Shown here piece after piece: positions 15,796 through 24,710 of a DNA stretch of 47,919 bases. The translations under genes and the position numbers were made by a program. Where the stretch lies: positions 1 through 47,919 of the IMG/VR virus record IMGVR_UViG_3300038315_001939, one strand, 5' to 3'. The DNA is from a virus (lineage: Duplodnaviria; Caudoviricetes). The notes below the pieces were generated by a model, which did no database searches, was not told the DNA's origin, and worked only from the letters and a program-made list of their open reading frames with translations. Within the stretch, counting starts at the first letter, position 1. Each line of letters begins with the position of its first letter.

Positions 15796-17283
15796 ATGTC
15801 AGGAAGTGAAGTTAGTGAAGCCGGTCTGGAAGCCGCGAAGCGGCTTATCAACGGTGCGGAGATCGTCGGTATGGATGGCGTCAAGGTCAATCCGAACGAC
15901 GTGTTCTATGATGTAAATGCGATGAATGAATATTTCGCGCTGGTTGCAATTGGTGGTCGCGCGATGATCATCGAAGAAAAGTTCAAGCGGCGGGCGAATT
16001 GCCCGATCCCGGACCGCGTGAACTTTATGAACCTTGATACTCTCCATACGATTTTGGCGAACAAACAAAGCTATATCGCGGCGGATAAAAAGGCCCCGTG
16101 GTCAAGGCTTTGGTTGCAGGACCCGAAGCGTCGGGAATATTCGGGGATCAGCTTTGTGCCGGGTGGTGCCGCACCTGACGGGTATTATAACCTTTGGCGT
16201 GGTTTCAGCATGGCGGCGGATTACGAGGGTTGCGAAAAAAAATGCTCGATCTTTCTTGATCATGTGCGGACCAATGTCGCAGGCGGGAACGAGGCGCATT
16301 TCCGTTTCATCATGGGGTGGGCGGCGCATATGTTCCAGAAGCCGACAGAACGGGCCGGGGTGGCCGTTGTTCTGCGGGGCGGGCAGGGTAGCGGCAAGAC
16401 CCTGTTCGGGCAGACGTTGGGCCGGTTGATCGAGGATCATTATGCGCTTGTCGATGATCCGCGCTATGTGGTCGGGAACTTTAACGCGCACCTGGCGTCA
16501 ACCTTGTTGTTGCAGGCCGATGAAGGTTTCTGGGCGGGGGATAAACACGCCGAGGGGCGGCTTAAGGGCCTTGTCACATCCGACTATCATATGATCGAGC
16601 GCAAGGGCGTTGATGCCTTTCGGGTCAAGAACTATGTCCATTTGCTGGTGACTTCCAACAATGATTGGGTCGTGCCCGCGGGGCATGATGAACGCCGGTT
16701 TGCGGTGTTTGATGTGGCGAATGCCAGCCAACAAAACCGGCAATATTTTGGCGAAATGATCGCGCAGCTTGAAAATGGCGGGTACGCGGCGTTGCTTGGT
16801 TATTTGCTGCTGTTTGATCTTGATAGCGTCAACATCTGGGATATCCCTAAAACGGCGGCGTTGGCCGATCAGAAACTATCCAGCCTGTCGGTCGAGGAAA
16901 GCTGGTGGCTGGTATGCCTCCGACGCGGGCATGTGACATTCCAGGGTGACGGGGTACAGCACTGGATGCCCTTTCTGCCAAAGGCGGATGTGTACGCCAA
17001 CTATCTGCAATGGGTCACGCAGCGCGGGCGCAAATTCCCGATGACCGAAGAACAGTTTGGCAGGCGACTGTTGCGCATATGCCCGGGGATTACGGCGGGA
17101 CGACGAAGGTTTGACCATGGTCAGCGCAAGTATGTCTATCAATTCCCGACCCTTGATGAAAGTCGACGGCTGTTTGCCGAGATGATCCGGACGGACATTG
17201 ATTGGGACGAAGGGGATCTTGACGATGGGGATCAGGCGCAATCTGGCTATGGGGCTTCCGAATTTTCGGCCAGTGATTTTTGA
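15796..17283 (+). CDS. SF3 / D5-like primase-associated helicase (DUF5906-like)
   Basis: YNLWRGF; Walker A GGQGSGKT; Walker B ADE; TSN motif C; ERRF arginine finger. Confidence 0.9.
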   Translation: MSGSEVSEAGLEAAKRLINGAEIVGMDGVKVNPNDVFYDVNAMNEYFALVAIGGRAMIIEEKFKRRANCPIPDRVNFMNLDTLHTILANKQSYIAADKKAPWSRLWLQDPKRREYSGISFVPGGAAPDGYYNLWRGFSMAADYEGCEKKCSIFLDHVRTNVAGGNEAHFRFIMGWAAHMFQKPTERAGVAVVLRGGQGSGKTLFGQTLGRLIEDHYALVDDPRYVVGNFNAHLASTLLLQADEGFWAGDKHAEGRLKGLVTSDYHMIERKGVDAFRVKNYVHLLVTSNNDWVVPAGHDERRFAVFDVANASQQNRQYFGEMIAQLENGGYAALLGYLLLFDLDSVNIWDIPKTAALADQKLSSLSVEESWWLVCLRRGHVTFQGDGVQHWMPFLPKADVYANYLQWVTQRGRKFPMTEEQFGRRLLRICPGITAGRRRFDHGQRKYVYQFPTLDESRRLFAEMIRTDIDWDEGDLDDGDQAQSGYGASEFSASDF

Positions 17284-17294
17284 CAGGTGAGGTG

Positions 17295-17546
17295 TGTCCG
17301 TTTTTCTGTCCCCTGCTGGCCTTGTTTTTCTTTGGTGCAGGGGACGGAAAAGACAAGGGTTTTCAAGGCTGGTCCTATTTGTCCCTTTGTACCTAGGTTG
17401 CGTATATACGTGTACGTATATGTATATACGTATTTATAGGTTATGTGGGTTATATAGGACAATAAGAAGAAGCCTTTGAAATTAAACAATAAATTAACCC
17501 GAATTTGTCCCGTTGAAATTTCAAATCATAGGACTTTGTAGGGACG
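17295..17546. promoter_or_regulatory. Putative replication origin
   Basis: About ten GTCC(C)/GGAC-like repeats in both orientations around an alternating purine-pyrimidine core (17401-17433) and an AT-rich tract, directly after the helicase. Confidence 0.6.
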
Positions 17547-17563
17547 GCAAAGGCAGGCAAGCA

Positions 17564-18193
17564 ATGGATCAGGAAAAGCTGTTAAAACCCATCGGCATCG
17601 AACGCCTTGTGGATTGGGCGTTTGGTCAGCAAAAGGTCGCGCTTATGGATGGGCGGGACCGGGGCATATTCCCGGTGTTGGCGTTGCTCAGCAAGACCAC
17701 GGTCAGTTACGGGGAACGCATCGGCGGCGGCGGGGCTTCGGGGGCGGGGTATGATGTTCATCCGGACGCGGTGATTGTTTTGGATGCGTGGCGCGAGGTT
17801 ATGACCTATAGCGCCGATGGGGCTTGTTTGGTCCGGTCTTATGGCGAAAGCGGCTTTAGCCCTGATTGGGTGGCGGATGGGGAATTGCGCTTTATCGCCG
17901 AAATTGATCCGCAAACCGGTATGCCAAAGCAGGCCCGCGATCACAACCGCCATCTTGTTCGCGAAAGCTGCCGGGTCAAGCGGGTGGGGAAATCCCCCGA
18001 TGTGGTTCGGGTCGCGCGGTCGGAATACCGGGTTTGGTGGCATGCGCTGCACTTGATGCAGGATTTTGTCGCCGATTATTCGGCACGTCAGGGCGGGTTG
18101 GTGATGTGGCGGCTGACATCGGAAATGCCACCGAAAGAGCCGTGGTTGCTTGACGGTGCCGCGACCGGTTTGTTTTTTGAAAAAGCGTCTTGA
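17564..18193 (+). CDS. Probable late-gene regulator / antiterminator (Q position)
   Basis: Last early gene, immediately followed by a promoter-terminator pair; function from position only. Confidence 0.55.
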   Translation: MDQEKLLKPIGIERLVDWAFGQQKVALMDGRDRGIFPVLALLSKTTVSYGERIGGGGASGAGYDVHPDAVIVLDAWREVMTYSADGACLVRSYGESGFSPDWVADGELRFIAEIDPQTGMPKQARDHNRHLVRESCRVKRVGKSPDVVRVARSEYRVWWHALHLMQDFVADYSARQGGLVMWRLTSEMPPKEPWLLDGAATGLFFEKAS

Positions 18194-18218
18194 CCTGCGC
18201 AGCGATATTTGACACGAT
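18190..18218 (+). promoter_or_regulatory. Late promoter (pR'-like)
   Basis: TTGACC(18190)-17-CACGAT(18213). Confidence 0.6.
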
Positions 18219-18233
18219 ACCCCCGAACCAAAG

Positions 18234-18271
18234 AACGCCTGCACGGATTTTCCCGGCAGGCGTTTTTTCTT
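18234..18271 (+). terminator. Intrinsic terminator (tR'-like)
   Basis: AACGCCTGC...GCAGGCGTT followed by a T-run. Confidence 0.8.
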
Positions 18272-18416
18272 GCCTCGATTGCTGTTGTGCGCGCCCTGCC
18301 TAGAAATAGGCGGGGTGTTTGCGTTTCAGAATCGGGCGGGAGAATGTCTTGTTTTCAGTCGAAACCGGAAGGCTCTGCCATGTGATGCAATCTTTTTCCC
18401 TCCCTGTTTGAACTCA

Positions 18417-18454
18417 TGACCCGCTTGGACATCGTCCGGCGGGTCGTTCTTTTT
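18417..18454 (+). terminator. Second intrinsic terminator-like hairpin in the late leader
   Basis: TGACCCGCTTGGAC-ATC-GTCCGGCGGGTCG followed by TTCTTTTT. Confidence 0.55.
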
Positions 18455-18561
18455 GGGTGCTGTCATGGACGGCGGGGCGCTTTGACCGGTTGGGCGTGCC
18501 GGTTGCGGGGCAACGCAGCGATCCGCCGTCCTTGTCAGCATCGAAATCGAAAGTTTGGCAG

Positions 18562-18753
18562 ATGCGCGCAGAATACCTGAAGAGCGAACCGCAAGAGCAA
18601 TGCGATGAACCTGGCGAGGCTGGTTGTATGTCATGTGGTAACACCAGCCTCGCCACCCTTTCGGCCATCCGTCTCGGCGACGACATACCGCCAATCCGGT
18701 ATCGGATGTATTGCGGCAAATGCGGCGCTATGTGGCAGCGGGTCACCATGTAA
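18562..18753 (+). CDS. Small zinc-ribbon protein
   Basis: CMSC...CGKC; start uncertain (18457 or 18562). Confidence 0.5.
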   Translation: MRAEYLKSEPQEQCDEPGEAGCMSCGNTSLATLSAIRLGDDIPPIRYRMYCGKCGAMWQRVTM

Positions 18754-18782
18754 AGATTTGGCTTCCTGCGTTTCACAGGACG

Positions 18783-19868
18783 CTATTTTTCGCAACCAAG
18801 AGATGATGGATCGATTAATGCTGTTGGCACGAGATTTGTAGTGCTATTCGGGAACCGCTTTGCTCTGGGTTGTTTCGAGCTTTTGTTGTGAATTTCTTTG
18901 TAAATTTCCTCGATTTTTCTTTTCAAGTCTTGGCTCCTGATGACGTCCCTCAAAGTCTCGACTTGCTGTTCAAATGGTCCGCTCAGTTCTACTTGCAGAT
19001 TGCGGATTTCTTTCTGTAAAGGCTGTACTTTTTGTTTGGCATCATACGATATTTTTATCTGATCGCAGACACTTGACTGTGTGTTGCCGCCTTCCACTTG
19101 GCTATTTGACTTGGTTAGCACGACAAGTTTTTGTTTGACCAGTTGTCGGATGTTTTTCTGACAAAACAGACTGTCATATGTTTCGTCATTTGGTGTGCCA
19201 TACGATTGTAAGACAAGGTTGATTGTGGAACCTAGTGAATGAAACTTCCTAGTGTCGACGTCAGGTAGAAGTTCCTTGTAACTGTTCATATCAATGTAAG
19301 AGTTGATCGTCATTTCCACATAAGCGCAAACATATGGTGGTTTTGATGATCTGCTTTGCGGGTAGTCATCAACAGTTCGCGGAAAAGCGAGACCCAGCTC
19401 CTTTTGGATATTTGGTGCCAGAATTGTTGCGGGCCATTGTACTGTCTGGGACTTGTCGGCGTCCCGATACAATGTCCCGGCTTGCGACGCAGTATAGGTT
19501 TCACGCCCACTTTCTTGATCGAGAGTTCGGTAAAAGATTTGAAACGCAGCAAGGTTTGGCTTGATCGATACGGGGACCTTGCCTGAGTTTGAAAGCTTTA
19601 GGTGCACAAAGAAAGATTCATTGGTCGTGTCATAATAAGCGTTACCGGATTGGAAGTTGGCTTTTGGTGTGAAGAAGTCGATGGCTTCAAACGCACTTCG
19701 TTCTTTGTCGATATCAGAGACGATATTCAGTCCGTAAACAGCGACACCCAACGCCAAGAAGGCGATAATATTACCAAGGTGTCGATCCCAAAAAGGTGGG
19801 TTTGCCTGTGTTACGTTAGGTTGCTCTGCCGGTGCGGGTGGCTCATCGATCGGGGTGTTTTCAGTCAT
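18783..19868 (-). CDS. AT-rich cargo (moron) membrane-anchored protein with C-terminal coiled coil
   Basis: GGAG RBS before ATG 19868; TM segment IIAFLALGVAVYGLNIV; antisense to the late operon. Confidence 0.75.
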   Translation of the reverse strand: MTENTPIDEPPAPAEQPNVTQANPPFWDRHLGNIIAFLALGVAVYGLNIVSDIDKERSAFEAIDFFTPKANFQSGNAYYDTTNESFFVHLKLSNSGKVPVSIKPNLAAFQIFYRTLDQESGRETYTASQAGTLYRDADKSQTVQWPATILAPNIQKELGLAFPRTVDDYPQSRSSKPPYVCAYVEMTINSYIDMNSYKELLPDVDTRKFHSLGSTINLVLQSYGTPNDETYDSLFCQKNIRQLVKQKLVVLTKSNSQVEGGNTQSSVCDQIKISYDAKQKVQPLQKEIRNLQVELSGPFEQQVETLRDVIRSQDLKRKIEEIYKEIHNKSSKQPRAKRFPNSTTNLVPTALIDPSSLGCEK

Positions 19869-19967
19869 TAATGCATCTCCAAGTAGATATTTCAAAAATA
19901 TACTCAATTGCTATCTAATGTGCATTAGCTGATTGATTTTTGGCGTCCCGATGACTTGAAAAGCTGT

Positions 19968-20014
19968 GGGTCCTTCCTGGGACTTTCCCCACGAGCGGGT
20001 AAAGCGAACCGCGG
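19968..20014 (+). other. Lambda-type cos site (cosQ plus cosN)
   Basis: GGGTCCT at 19968-19974, 23 nt, then GGTAAAGCGAAC and CGCGG; same layout as lambda cos, directly upstream of the small terminase. Confidence 0.75.
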
Positions 20015-20084
20015 TGTTTTAGTGTTTTTCATAGTTTTCAACCCGTTAGGTTGTTGTTTCTGATTATGTTTTCCGGTGGGTGCG

Positions 20085-20675
20085 ATGGCAAATCCGTGGC
20101 CCGAAGATTGGCCGGATGAATGGGATGGCGACGACGGCAAACTTTGGAGCCGCGAAGAAACCGCCCGAGTTCTGAACTGGTCGCTTCCCAAATTTGATCG
20201 TAGCCGACATGCCGGCCTTCCGTGCCGTCGCGAAGGCAAGAACGGTCGTTCTTACGGGTATTATTTTCCCGAGGTTTTTGCGTGGGTGACCGGGGCAGAA
20301 GCCAAGGAAGAAGCTGAACGCAAACAGCGCGAGGCCGATCAGGCGCAAGCCGAAATGGCCTTGCTTGGTGGGAATGCAAAAGACGATCGCGCCGGACTGA
20401 CCGCCGATCAACGCAAGCGACTTTACGAAACAGAGCTTGTCGAAATGAAGGTTCGCCGGGAACGCGGCGAGCTGGTTGATGCGCGAGAGCTGCTGGCGCG
20501 AGACGAAAAGCTCCTCGGGGATCTCGGGAAGTTTTTGCAGTCGTTGCCCGAGGCCGTTGGTCGTGAGCTTGAATTGGACCTTGGGGTGATTGGTGCCCTG
20601 CAGGAAAAAATCGACAAGTATCAAGAGGAGTTGGCTCGCCGACTTATGAAAAACGATGGACCAGCCCCTTCCTGA
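20085..20675 (+). CDS. Terminase small subunit (Nu1-like)
   Basis: N-terminal winged HTH (REETARVLNWS...GLP); RERGELV motif; precedes TerL. Confidence 0.85.
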   Translation: MANPWPEDWPDEWDGDDGKLWSREETARVLNWSLPKFDRSRHAGLPCRREGKNGRSYGYYFPEVFAWVTGAEAKEEAERKQREADQAQAEMALLGGNAKDDRAGLTADQRKRLYETELVEMKVRRERGELVDARELLARDEKLLGDLGKFLQSLPEAVGRELELDLGVIGALQEKIDKYQEELARRLMKNDGPAPS

Positions 20676-22803
20676 TTTTGTCGACCCTTGGGAAATACTC
20701 GCGAAAGCCGCTGCCAGTTTTCTTCCGCCAAAACGCATTTCAGTTTCAGAAGCTGCAGCTCGCTATCGCCGGGTTATCAGCCCGGTTTACAACGGTCCAT
20801 GGGATAACTCGGTCGCGCCTTACATGATCGAGCCGATGAATATGACGGCCTCGCGCGAGTATGAAGGCGTTGTTTTCTGTGGTCCGGCACAGTCGTTAAA
20901 AACCGACAGCTTGATTATCAATCGGTTGGTACATATGGCGACCTGCGATCCCGTCGATACGATGGTTTTGCAGATGGATCAGGCAACAGCGCGCCGGTTT
21001 TCGATCAAGCGTTTGCGTAAACTGATTGATCAGGAAAGCCCGGAATTCAAAGAGAGGCTGTCCAAGGCGCCGCATTCGGACAACATCACTGACAAGCGGC
21101 TGGCTTCGGGCGCTGTCGTGACAATTGCTTGGCCTACGATCACTCATTTGTCATCTGAGCCGATCCCCTTAATCCTGATGACTGATCGGGATCGAATGTC
21201 TGATGACATCGATGGGGAAGGCGAACCATTCGACTTGGGACGGCAGCGCACCAAGACATTTGGTTCGCGGGGAATGACGGTCTGTGAATCGTCTCCGGGC
21301 CGTGATTTGACTGATATTCGATACACAACAGAAGGACACGAAGCCCCGCCTGTTGGTGGCATCCTTGGTCTTTACAATCGCGGGGATCGTCGCCGTTGGT
21401 ACTGGTCATGTCGTGATTGCGGATGTGGGTTTGAACCGTCTTTCGACCTTCTTGAATGGCGCGATACCGACAATATTCAAGAGGCGTCGGCCAATGTTTC
21501 GATGCGCTGTCCTCATTGCGGCGGGCTAGTTGAAGAGCGTCATCGCAAGGAATTTAATGCCAACGGTCAGTGGTTGGCCGATGGGCTTTACATCCGCGAT
21601 GGCGAAATTCACGGTGTTGCGCGCCAGTCAGAGATTGCTTCGTACTGGCTCAAAGGACCGGCTGCGGTATTCCAATCGTGGTCAGGTCTGGTAAATCGAT
21701 ATTTGACAGCGCTTGATGAATACAGCCGGTCAGGTACTGAAACTGGTCTGCGGACTACGGTAAACACCGATCAGGCTGAGCCTTATATGCCGCGTGCGAT
21801 CGCAGAAAGAGCGGCGCAGGGGGTGCTAACACTCGAAAACCTCTATGCGCGTTGCGAAGAATACCCGTTGGGCACTGTGCCGGATGGAGTTCGCTTCCTG
21901 ATCGGGTCCGGGGACGTACAAGGCAACCGGTTTGTCATTCAGATCGAAGGATTTGGCGACCATCTTGAGCGTTGGATTGTTGATCGATTTGATATTGCAC
22001 TTCCGGATTTGAAGCCGGGTCAACAGGAACGTGCCTTAAACCCCGCTGCCTATGCCGAAGATTGGCAACTTTTGCGGACAAAGGTGCTTGAAAAAGCTTG
22101 GCCGTTGGCCGGAAACGCGACCAAAGCGATGATGTTGAAGCTGTTTGTCTATGACATCCATGGTCGAGATGGCGTGACCGGGCAGGCCTATGATTTCTAC
22201 CGTGATCTAAAGCGGCGGCGTGTCCATGATCGAGCCTTGCCGTTGCGAGGTGTTGGCGGCTTCAAGGTTCCGCGCGTTGCTCTGACCTATCCGGACAGCG
22301 AGCGCAAGGATCGGTATGCCGGTGCTCGAGGTGAAATTCCCGTCCTTCAAGTCGGGGTTGATCAGGTTAAGGATTTCGTGATGGGTGGCTTGCGGCGTGA
22401 TCAGCCGGGGCCGCAATACATTCATATTCCGAAGGCTATGGCGTTGGTTGGCCTATCAGAAAATGTCGTCGAGCCTGATCGGGACCAGCTATCCAGATCG
22501 CCTTTGGCCGAGTACCTGGCGGAAGTTCGTGGAGACAAGGGTTGGGTGCGTGAAGTAAAGCGCAACGAGGCCTTTGACTTATCAGCCTATTGCACCGCCG
22601 CGGCACTTAGGCTGCGGGCAGATGAAATGCCATGGGACCATCCGGAACGATTGCCGAATTGGCTTCGTAAGGATGGTAATCCGTTAATCATAACCGTAAG
22701 TGCCGCCAGCGCCGAAGCTGGTCCGGTGGATATTTCCAGTGGAACCGCGACATCTAACGACAAGTCGAAAAAGATTTCGGCGATGGTGTCGCGCCTCGCA
22801 TAG
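20656..22803 (+). CDS. Terminase large subunit (lambda gpA family)
   Basis: GPAQSLKT; RTKTF..ESSP; CxxC...CPHC; GDVQ and NEAFD nuclease motifs. Confidence 0.93.
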   Translation: MDQPLPDFVDPWEILAKAAASFLPPKRISVSEAAARYRRVISPVYNGPWDNSVAPYMIEPMNMTASREYEGVVFCGPAQSLKTDSLIINRLVHMATCDPVDTMVLQMDQATARRFSIKRLRKLIDQESPEFKERLSKAPHSDNITDKRLASGAVVTIAWPTITHLSSEPIPLILMTDRDRMSDDIDGEGEPFDLGRQRTKTFGSRGMTVCESSPGRDLTDIRYTTEGHEAPPVGGILGLYNRGDRRRWYWSCRDCGCGFEPSFDLLEWRDTDNIQEASANVSMRCPHCGGLVEERHRKEFNANGQWLADGLYIRDGEIHGVARQSEIASYWLKGPAAVFQSWSGLVNRYLTALDEYSRSGTETGLRTTVNTDQAEPYMPRAIAERAAQGVLTLENLYARCEEYPLGTVPDGVRFLIGSGDVQGNRFVIQIEGFGDHLERWIVDRFDIALPDLKPGQQERALNPAAYAEDWQLLRTKVLEKAWPLAGNATKAMMLKLFVYDIHGRDGVTGQAYDFYRDLKRRRVHDRALPLRGVGGFKVPRVALTYPDSERKDRYAGARGEIPVLQVGVDQVKDFVMGGLRRDQPGPQYIHIPKAMALVGLSENVVEPDRDQLSRSPLAEYLAEVRGDKGWVREVKRNEAFDLSAYCTAAALRLRADEMPWDHPERLPNWLRKDGNPLIITVSAASAEAGPVDISSGTATSNDKSKKISAMVSRLA

Positions 22804-22812
22804 GGGCTTTTA

Positions 22813-23031
22813 ATGGCTATCGATACAGTTGCCCTCAATGCCGAAAAACATAAGTTGATTGATGCGCGAACCCGTTTGCTTACGGGGGAAAGCGTCCAGT
22901 CATTGTCGTCAAATGGCCGCAGTGTTGGATATCGGGGCATTGATATTGCCTCGATTAATGCGCGCATTGCCGAGATCGATAATTTGCTCGGGCTTGGCGG
23001 GCGTCATGCGATTGGTGTGAGGGCTCATTGA
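22813..23031 (+). CDS. gpW-like head completion protein
   Basis: LLTGESVQSLSSNGRSVGY; sits between TerL and portal. Confidence 0.85.
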   Translation: MAIDTVALNAEKHKLIDARTRLLTGESVQSLSSNGRSVGYRGIDIASINARIAEIDNLLGLGGRHAIGVRAH

Positions 23032-24710
23032 TGAATAAGGCTCTTGTTCAAAGTGATGGGATTACTCCGTTGCGCGCCAGTGCAACATCCTCACATGACG
23101 CTGCCTCCCAGCGTTCGGTTGAAATGTCCGGATACTACCCCTCGCTGAAATCTGCTGATGCCGCTCTATTGCCTGAGCGTGATCTCATTCAGGGGCGGGC
23201 GTGGGATCAGTATCGAAACTCAGGTTGGGCAGTATCTGGTGTCCAGAAGCTCCGCGAGGGGGTGATTGGTTCAGGATTGCGTCTGTCGGCCAAGCCGAAC
23301 TATCGTGCGCTAAATCAGTCATTCGAATGGGGCCGCGAAACAGCACGCCTTCTTGAGCAGGGTTGGATCAATTGGGCTGGCGATCCGGATTTTCTCTGTG
23401 ATGTGGAGATGAAGACTGATTTCAACGGGATGTGTGCGATCGCATTTAATCATTATGCGATTGATGGCGAGGCTATAGCTGTCCCGTATTGGATGCCAGA
23501 ACGGGGTGGGCGCTACGCGCTGGCTTTGCGGGTGGTTGATCCTGATCGGCTTTGTAATCCGGACGCCCAGCCAGATACACCGAGCCTGCGGGGTGGGGTT
23601 GAAAAGAACAAGGATGGCGCACCTGTTGCGTATCATTTCCGAAACAGCCATCCGTCCGATCTTTCTACAGCGAATTTCAATGATGCATTCAAGTGGACGC
23701 GGGTTCCTGCCTTTGTCGGGAGCACGCGTCGGCGTGGAGTAATTCATGCCTTCATGCGTGACAAGGCAGGTGCGACACGAGGCCGCGGCCTGTTCACGCC
23801 GATCCTTGAGCGCATGCAAATGGAGCGTCGCTGGTCGAAAACCGAGCTGCAATCTGCCCTAATTCACGCGGTATTTGCAGCGTTTGTGAAATCGCCCTTC
23901 GATCAGCAGATGGCAAACTCCATGCTCGACCCGAATGCGACTGGAGAATCGCTTTCGTCGTATCAGGATGCCCGATCTGCCTATCACGACAGCAAAGATT
24001 TGTCTTTGGACGGGGCGCGAATTCCGAAGCTGTTTCCGGGTGAAGAGTTGCAGTTGCTGCGTTCTGAACGCCCAAACAGTGGGTTCTCGGCGTTTCAGGA
24101 AACCTGCTTGAGATACTTCGCTGCATCGCTGGGTATTTCCTATGAACAGATTTCTATGGACTGGTCGAAGGTCAATTACAGCTCGGCCCGTGCAGCGTTG
24201 CTTGAAGTCTGGCGGCATTTCTCAATTTGCCGAGCCGAGTTTGTGAGGGACTTCGTCCAGCAGGTCTACGTTCTATTGGTCGAGGAGATGATCGATCGTG
24301 GTGAGATCGAAGTTCCTAACAATGCACCTGGCTTTAGGGAGGCAGTTGCTGCTTGGACCCGGGCACGCTGGATCGGTCCGCCGCGTGGATACATTGATCC
24401 AGTCAAAGAGGCGACGGCAGCGGATATGCGCATGCAGTCGGCACTTTCGACCCTTGAGGATGAAGCTGCCGAACAGGGTAAGGATTGGGAAGAGATCATC
24501 GAACAGCGTCGTTATGAGCGCCAGACGATGGCCGAGAATGGCGTTCCACCTCCTGAATGGTCGGTATCCACGACTGAATCTGGGGAAGATGGTCAGGTCA
24601 CGACAACGACAGTGACATCAAGTGTCGATCGATACGAGCGGCAAATGGCAAAACTCCAAGCAAAGGCTAGGGCGAATGGATTACCAACGTCTTCTGACGC
24701 GGCTGCTTAA
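23028..24710 (+). CDS. Portal protein (lambda family)
   Basis: GISYEQISMDWSKVNYSSARAALLE; IDPVKE. Confidence 0.95.
   Translation: MMNKALVQSDGITPLRASATSSHDAASQRSVEMSGYYPSLKSADAALLPERDLIQGRAWDQYRNSGWAVSGVQKLREGVIGSGLRLSAKPNYRALNQSFEWGRETARLLEQGWINWAGDPDFLCDVEMKTDFNGMCAIAFNHYAIDGEAIAVPYWMPERGGRYALALRVVDPDRLCNPDAQPDTPSLRGGVEKNKDGAPVAYHFRNSHPSDLSTANFNDAFKWTRVPAFVGSTRRRGVIHAFMRDKAGATRGRGLFTPILERMQMERRWSKTELQSALIHAVFAAFVKSPFDQQMANSMLDPNATGESLSSYQDARSAYHDSKDLSLDGARIPKLFPGEELQLLRSERPNSGFSAFQETCLRYFAASLGISYEQISMDWSKVNYSSARAALLEVWRHFSICRAEFVRDFVQQVYVLLVEEMIDRGEIEVPNNAPGFREAVAAWTRARWIGPPRGYIDPVKEATAADMRMQSALSTLEDEAAEQGKDWEEIIEQRRYERQTMAENGVPPPEWSVSTTESGEDGQVTTTTVTSSVDRYERQMAKLQAKARANGLPTSSDAAA

Noticed and set aside
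17401-17433. CRISPR array or microsatellite
   Set aside because: No repeat-spacer periodicity; better explained as an origin core.
20880-20905. Defective terminase because Walker A reads AQSLKT
   Set aside because: gpA-family Walker A motifs are commonly deviant and the rest of the ORF is intact; no evidence of decay.
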